Source of the DNA: Pseudobacteriovorax sp.
GTDB lineage: Bacteria; Bdellovibrionota_B; Oligoflexia; Oligoflexales; Oligoflexaceae
DNA length: 12,312 bases
Direction: 5' to 3'
Assembly: GCA_050293845.1 (NCBI GenBank)
Contig: JBNKNM010000171.1
Location: 1 to 12,312 of the forward strand
Both the position numbers and the translations under genes were made by a program. How positions within the stretch are numbered: the stretch's first letter is position 1; each line of letters begins with the position of its first letter. The notes under the pieces are model-generated. The model made no database searches. It had not been told where the DNA came from and worked only from the letters and a program-made list of their open reading frames with translations. Positions 7,959 to 12,312 of this stretch are shown here, in pieces.

Positions 7959-8561
7959 TTAGCTTTTGGAGATAGGCACATAACCTGCCTGCGATTCTAC
8001 CCTACCGAACCACCTCCTAATACTCGTGTAAGATGAAAGATCGTATTCACCTTCTTCAGCCACATGGGTATATGCATACAATGCAATATCAGCCACACTG
8101 TAAGAGCTGCCAGCTAAAAAATTGTTTTTTTGTAAATGAGTTTCCATGACGTTTAATGCTGCATACCCCAACGGCATACGCTGTTCTATTTGGCTTAACT
8201 TACCTGATTTATCTTTTAATATTGAGACCCAGTACCTTACCGTAGCTATATAAGGTTCATGGCTATATTGTTCAAAAAACATCCATTGCAATACCTGCGC
8301 TCGCTCAAAGCGATCGGAGGGAATTAATTCAGACCCTTCAGCTAAATACCAAATAGCTGCGTTTGACTCAGGTAAAAACTTTTCGTCAACTTGTAACACT
8401 GGCACTCGGCCATTGGGATTTATTTTAAGAAAATCATCTGTTCTTGACTCACCTTTCAAAATATCGACTTCCACCAACTCATACTCAATACTGAGCTGAT
8501 TCATAAGCAATCGTATCTTGTAGCAATTCCCTGAGCTTTTAAAATTGAAGAGTTTATACAT
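7959..8561 (-). CDS. Glutathione S-transferase family protein (start probably 8561; 8579 is the alternative)
   Basis: Motifs SSGNCYKIRL, INPNGRVPVL, ESNAAIWYLAEGS, QWMFFEQYSHEPYIA and SVADIALYAYTH. A GGAG lies upstream of the second Met (MYKL). Confidence 0.92.
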   Translation of the reverse strand: MYKLFNFKSSGNCYKIRLLMNQLSIEYELVEVDILKGESRTDDFLKINPNGRVPVLQVDEKFLPESNAAIWYLAEGSELIPSDRFERAQVLQWMFFEQYSHEPYIATVRYWVSILKDKSGKLSQIEQRMPLGYAALNVMETHLQKNNFLAGSSYSVADIALYAYTHVAEEGEYDLSSYTSIRRWFGRVESQAGYVPISKS

Positions 8562-8890
8562 TTTTATCTGATACTCCATTAAAAATCATCATACGTTGAG
8601 CAGATTCAAGCTATATTCTTAATGAATTCGAGTTAACTAAGTTCTTCTCAGGCGATCCCGACATTCCAGAGGGACCAATTGAGAGCTAAAGGTGTTGGGA
8701 CTCGGTCCATAATAGTAGAGTCTTTTCAAAGAACTGAAACAAAGAATCCCATCCAGGTAGAAGCATAAGGCGTACTATTTATCAATTCTTCTACCACATT
8801 TTTCACTTTATCGGTATATTTCTTCGGGCTTTCGCCCCGGTACTCATAATGGAGAAATCGCGTTCAAAGAACACAAATACGGGACGAACC

Positions 8891-9883
8891 TCAATCCAGC
8901 TCAATAAGATAGCCATTTGCTGCAAAAACACCGTTTTGCAAATCGGCTTCATTTTCCTTACCCGTAAGGTATTTCGCATAACCACTTTGTTCGTCCAAAT
9001 GATAATGATACCAAGACAATACATAGGTAGAAATCATCTGACTCTCAGCTACCGATGGCGTTAGCATCATAAAGTGAGTTGAACCATTAAGATTTACCAG
9101 TGCTTTATTAGTACCACTAAGGCTCTGGTAAGAACTGTAAACATTGCTTGGAATCGCAACATTGTCAGCACTTCCCGTTAAAAAAATAGTCGCAGCCGAC
9201 ATCGTGGCATTCACGGGTTGAAAGGCATTAAAAGGGGCTGCTACCTTAATCATATCTCCAAGAGTATTAGCTGCTATGATTGTCCCCGCGCCACCCATGG
9301 AATAGCCCGCAATGCCTAATTTATCTGTGTCGACCATTTCAAAAACAGGAGATTCTGAGCGCTCCGTTTCTTCAAGAATTTTATCAATTGATCCAATATG
9401 ACCATTCACCCATGGTGTAGGGTCTGTCGTGAGGTTATTGGTTGGGGTAAAAGCGATCACGATTATACCGTGGGATGCTATACGCTCCGAGAGCCAGGTC
9501 ATGTCCTCTTTGGTATTGCTAAAGCCACCGGACATTGTCGTCGCGGGAAAGGGGCCTGGAAAATCTTCTGTAGGCAAGGGATAATAGACACGAGCAGAAC
9601 TATAGGCTGTGGATGCAAGGTTTGCTTCGAAGCTAGCAAATTGAAACACCCCTTTTGTACTGGGATCTTGCTGTATAGAAAGTCCATCGGACTCGCTATC
9701 AGTTCCCGTGCTTTGGTTGCTGTCTGTTGGGTTTGAAGGGTTTTGCTCAGCATCGTCTCTATCTTCTGGCAATTGCCCGGTCTTAGGGTCGTCAGCAAAC
9801 TCATCCCCCGAGGAATCACAAGCGACGATGCTTATTAAAAAGACAACAAACAGCGGTAATAATGCTCTTTTTATGTTTACCAT
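8891..9883 (-). CDS. Lipoprotein alpha/beta hydrolase of the polyesterase-lipase-cutinase (PETase-like / DLH superfamily) family
   Basis: Lipobox IVA-C22 and an acidic Ser/Thr/Asp linker, then VYYP, GGF121 (oxyanion), WLSERIASHG, VDTDKLGIAGY-S195-MGGAG, GSA-D240-NVA and NGST-H270-F. These match the motif order of Thermobifida cutinases and IsPETase. RBS AAGGAG at 9893-9898. Confidence 0.88.
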   Translation of the reverse strand: MVNIKRALLPLFVVFLISIVACDSSGDEFADDPKTGQLPEDRDDAEQNPSNPTDSNQSTGTDSESDGLSIQQDPSTKGVFQFASFEANLASTAYSSARVYYPLPTEDFPGPFPATTMSGGFSNTKEDMTWLSERIASHGIIVIAFTPTNNLTTDPTPWVNGHIGSIDKILEETERSESPVFEMVDTDKLGIAGYSMGGAGTIIAANTLGDMIKVAAPFNAFQPVNATMSAATIFLTGSADNVAIPSNVYSSYQSLSGTNKALVNLNGSTHFMMLTPSVAESQMISTYVLSWYHYHLDEQSGYAKYLTGKENEADLQNGVFAANGYLIELD

Positions 9884-9920
9884 GGCGAATTACTCCTTGG
9901 TGCTGTAACGGTAAGGGTCG

Positions 9921-9936
9921 TGCAATCTTCAGACCA
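9921..9936 (-). promoter_or_regulatory. sigma54 -24/-12 promoter of the hydrolase gene
   Basis: Minus-strand TGGTCTGAAGATTGCA (GG-N10-GC, TTGCA -12), 37 nt before ATG 9883. Overlaps the palindrome AGACCATGGTCT (9931-9942). Confidence 0.7.
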
Positions 9937-10230
9937 TGGTCTAAGGTTAAAAAAGCGATATTATCATGGTAGCTTAAATAGCATTCGCAGATAAGAGTTG
10001 TTGGTTTGATGACAGGGCACGAGGGGCTGATATCTTCTAAGCAGCTAATCTTATAGCATAATTTGAGAAACTTCCTGTAGCAAACCCATCAATGCCCCAC
10101 ATGACTCATAAAATTAAATTATTATAGTAACTTATACTCTTTGCCTAAAGTTTGCCCTGTATCCGTTATCAATGCAATACAGACCATCATCTTTCTGTGA
10201 TTTAGATAGTCCTACATTTTCTAGGGGTAA

Positions 10231-10395
10231 ATTCTCCTTAATTCCTGTAGAAAAACAAATTTGATCGGTGACTACTCCTTCGCCCACCCGCTCCAGGTGG
10301 GTGATCGACTCTCTATCCTGGATATGTCCCACTATACTGCTGTTAAAACGTCTAATTTTAACGATGTCCATTTAGTTCTCCCAGAAGGGGCATAA
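10231..10395 (+). pseudogene. nspC: Remnant of carboxynorspermidine decarboxylase C-terminal region
   Basis: Manual translation: ILLNSCRKTNLIGDYSFAHPLQVGDRLSILDMSHYTAVKTSNFNDVHLVLPEGA*. This closely resembles the NspC motif as I recall it, 'SCLAGDVIGDYSF..PL.VGD.L.F.DM.HYT.VK.T.FNG'. There are in-frame stops just upstream, no start or RBS, and the GC content is locally higher. Confidence 0.75.
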
Positions 10396-11536
10396 ACAGT
10401 ATTAAAAAAAGTAAGGCAAAGAAGGCTGCTAACAATAATAAAGTCGGGCTCAATGTCAAGTAGTCAATAGATAACCCGACAAGGGGTCCTGTGAGAAAAA
10501 AAGTGCTGCGAAAGCCAAAGCTAACCACCGAGTTAATCGTAGCGCGAAATTCTCCTGCAATTCTTTGATTTAATGCATCCTTGAGAATTACCTGATGAAA
10601 ACCTCTGCCAAGCTGAAACAAGAAACCTGCTGCTATACCCCAAATACCAGCTCCGACATACATTCCTAAATAACCGAAAATGGGAAGCACTCCGATAAGA
10701 ATTAGTACTGTTCGGGTTCCAATACGCCTCTCAAGACGATGAGCTAATCGACTGGATAAGGCAACAGTAAGATTATAGGAGGCCCATAACCATCCAAAGT
10801 ACGCCAGGGGTATCCCATGCTCCTGCCAGTACTTTTGGAATAGCCATACTGCATAGAAGCTAGCCATACCCCATAAAACCATATTAAGACAGATCAACCG
10901 CAACATTTTGCTACCGGCAAATAGCTCTACAACAATTTTCTTGAACCTTCCAAAATGGCTATGAATTTTTGGCTTCATATGGGGATCGTCTAGACTTAGA
11001 GCAATGAGGAACGGGAGCCAACCAGCAAAAATTTGCACATATAGTAAATTATTTATGGAAGCGACCATGAGGATGAGGCTATTAATAGCAGCGGCACCAG
11101 CTTCGGCAAAAGATCTTGAGGCTATCATCCCGCCAACAAGTTTTTGTCCCTCGTGTTTGCGATCAATTTGATTCTGAATGCTATCGTATAGCAAAGCGAC
11201 ATCTGCTCCAGAATACAAGGCTGCCGCAGCACCCATCAGAAATTCAAATAAAACAAATTCCCAAAAAGTATCTGCAAATAGCAGCCAACTATAACCTACA
11301 CCATTGAGTATGCCCCCTACCACCAGGCAGCGTTTTTTCCCCCACAAGTCGGCGATATATCCAGAAGGAATCTCAAATAACATTACTGAAAGGGCGAAAA
11401 CCCCTTGGAGCTGAAAAATTTGCGCCATCGAAATACCGAAGCTTTGAAAGAAAGGCACAATAACAGGTAGCAGGATCAGCAGCATGTAAGAGCCACTAAA
11501 AAAATAAAGCTTAATAATATTCGGTGATTTTGCCAA
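10358..11536 (-). CDS. Major facilitator superfamily transporter (YxaM-like)
   Basis: 392 aa with ~12 hydrophobic segments. Motif A variant EIPSGYIADLWGKK, plus SGADVALLYDS and RATINS. TTG start with GGAGG RBS. Confidence 0.92.
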   Translation of the reverse strand: MAKSPNIIKLYFFSGSYMLLILLPVIVPFFQSFGISMAQIFQLQGVFALSVMLFEIPSGYIADLWGKKRCLVVGGILNGVGYSWLLFADTFWEFVLFEFLMGAAAALYSGADVALLYDSIQNQIDRKHEGQKLVGGMIASRSFAEAGAAAINSLILMVASINNLLYVQIFAGWLPFLIALSLDDPHMKPKIHSHFGRFKKIVVELFAGSKMLRLICLNMVLWGMASFYAVWLFQKYWQEHGIPLAYFGWLWASYNLTVALSSRLAHRLERRIGTRTVLILIGVLPIFGYLGMYVGAGIWGIAAGFLFQLGRGFHQVILKDALNQRIAGEFRATINSVVSFGFRSTFFLTGPLVGLSIDYLTLSPTLLLLAAFFALLFLILFMPLLGELNGHR

Positions 11537-11551
11537 GTAACCTCCCAGGTG

Positions 11552-11743
11552 CTAAGAGCCGCACCATACACTCATAAGAGCACCTGAGCAAGATGAGTCG
11601 AAGCGGTTGATCCCACGCTTGTTGGTAGTATAATTAACTAAATCTTTGACTACCTTGTTTGCTTTGCGGAAAAGAGGTTTTCCTACTTCCATGTATTGGG
11701 ACTGGTCCAGTGTTATTTCTTCTTGGCGCTTATCTTTGTTCAT
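11552..11743 (-). CDS. Short hypothetical ORF (63 aa) or fragment of a decayed gene
   Basis: Ends 15 nt before the MFS start and has an ATGA overlap with the upstream 58-aa ORF. No recognisable homology. Confidence 0.35.
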   Translation of the reverse strand: MNKDKRQEEITLDQSQYMEVGKPLFRKANKVVKDLVNYTTNKRGINRFDSSCSGALMSVWCGS

Positions 11744-11916
11744 CTTATTAATTCTAAGACGTTCTCCTTTTCTTTAAGCTTCTTGGCAATAGACACCCTG
11801 TTCATATCGGAAAGACGACGCTTGGCATCGCTATCTGAGAGCATATGCCAGGTTCTTTGATATTCATCAAGTTTATCAGAACGAAAGTGGGTCGTCCTAT
11901 CAAACTCCTTAAGCAT
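11740..11916 (-). CDS. Short hypothetical ORF (58 aa) or fragment of a decayed gene; not in the ORF track
   Basis: MLKEFDRTTHFRSDKLDEYQRTWHMLSDSDAKRRLSDMNRVSIAKKLKEKENVLELIR*. Its stop overlaps the next ATG. No well-spaced RBS. Confidence 0.3.
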   Translation of the reverse strand: MLKEFDRTTHFRSDKLDEYQRTWHMLSDSDAKRRLSDMNRVSIAKKLKEKENVLELIR

Positions 11917-11996
11917 TCCTGATGAATATTACAGTCATGGTGAGTAGTGACGCGCCATAATCGCATAATATCTACTCTTAATCATTTGCCGAAGAT

Positions 11997-12302
11997 TTGG
12001 GCCATTTTACGAGAACGGTAAATTCGCTTTGGCGCGGTACATCAATAAAAACTTTAACAGAGATAGTCAAGCCGTTCGCGAGAAGTATAAATCACCGCCT
12101 GGACTCTGACGATAATATATATCTCGAAAAGATCATAAAATTTGTCAGGGATTTGATCAACTCTGCAATGGGAAGACTTATGGATCTAAACGATGCCTCT
12201 TTGATCCATGGTCATACCATTAGTGATGGAGAAGCAGTTAAATTCAGGACTGAGCCACTAAGCTGCTTTCGCCGACTGAGAAGTCCGACCTTATTTTACT
12301 AA
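11997..12302 (+). CDS. Doubtful hypothetical ORF (101 aa)
   Basis: Longest open frame at the right end, with a TTG start and no RBS or recognisable motif. Confidence 0.2.
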   Translation: MGHFTRTVNSLWRGTSIKTLTEIVKPFARSINHRLDSDDNIYLEKIIKFVRDLINSAMGRLMDLNDASLIHGHTISDGEAVKFRTEPLSCFRRLRSPTLFY

Positions 12303-12312
12303 GAACCCACCC

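Noticed and set aside
7754..7965. Integron attC site after the GST (CTAAC ... GTTAAGT on the minus strand)
   Set aside because: The span of about 210 nt is too long, R and L box pairing is not satisfied, it is not repeated after other genes, and there is no integrase.
8825..8839. GGGC-GAAA-GCCC hairpin (minus strand) as the hydrolase terminator
   Set aside because: The stem is very short and there is no U tract.
9921..9985. c-di-GMP-I riboswitch-like GGTCTAAG...ATGGTAGC
   Set aside because: It lacks the GCAAACC/GAAA/GGGACGCAAA elements, is on the wrong strand for the adjacent gene, and is better explained by the sigma54 promoter.
10132..10371. 79-aa minus-strand ORF downstream of the MFS gene
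   Set aside because: Its first half is antisense to the recognisable nspC remnant and it has no motif. It does have a GGAG upstream, so translation cannot be fully excluded.
8803..11307. ORFs 8803-9024, 8849-9064, 9398-9736, 9499-9819, 9708-9908 and 11116-11307
   Set aside because: They are shadows of the hydrolase and MFS genes.
1..12312. CRISPR arrays, tRNA/rRNA genes, IS elements, prophage or defence genes
   Set aside because: By eye I found no regularly spaced repeats, cloverleafs, terminal inverted repeats, or transposase, integrase or nuclease motifs. A formal Infernal/Rfam scan was not possible.

Overview
AT-rich bacterial chromosomal window. The many sigma54 promoters, small exported proteins and lipoproteins suggest Bdellovibrionota/Oligoflexia, but this is inference only. 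From left to right: the 5' part of a minus-strand MscS-family gene missed by the ORF track (1-216); a divergent three-gene phosphorelay operon (single receiver, hybrid HK-REC-Hpt kinase, NtrC-family sigma54 activator); a small Cys-containing lipoprotein and two small secreted CC-C-C proteins, each behind its own sigma54 promoter; two different glutathione S-transferases; a small secreted protein; a sigma54-driven, lipid-anchored, disulfide-free cutinase/PETase-family hydrolase; and an MFS transporter whose 3' end overlaps an antisense remnant of nspC. Two short coupled ORFs and possibly decayed DNA fill the right end. The best system candidate is a sigma54 secreted-effector regulon: four -24/-12 boxes, each 36-37 nt before the start of an exported-protein gene, next to a possible cognate activator.
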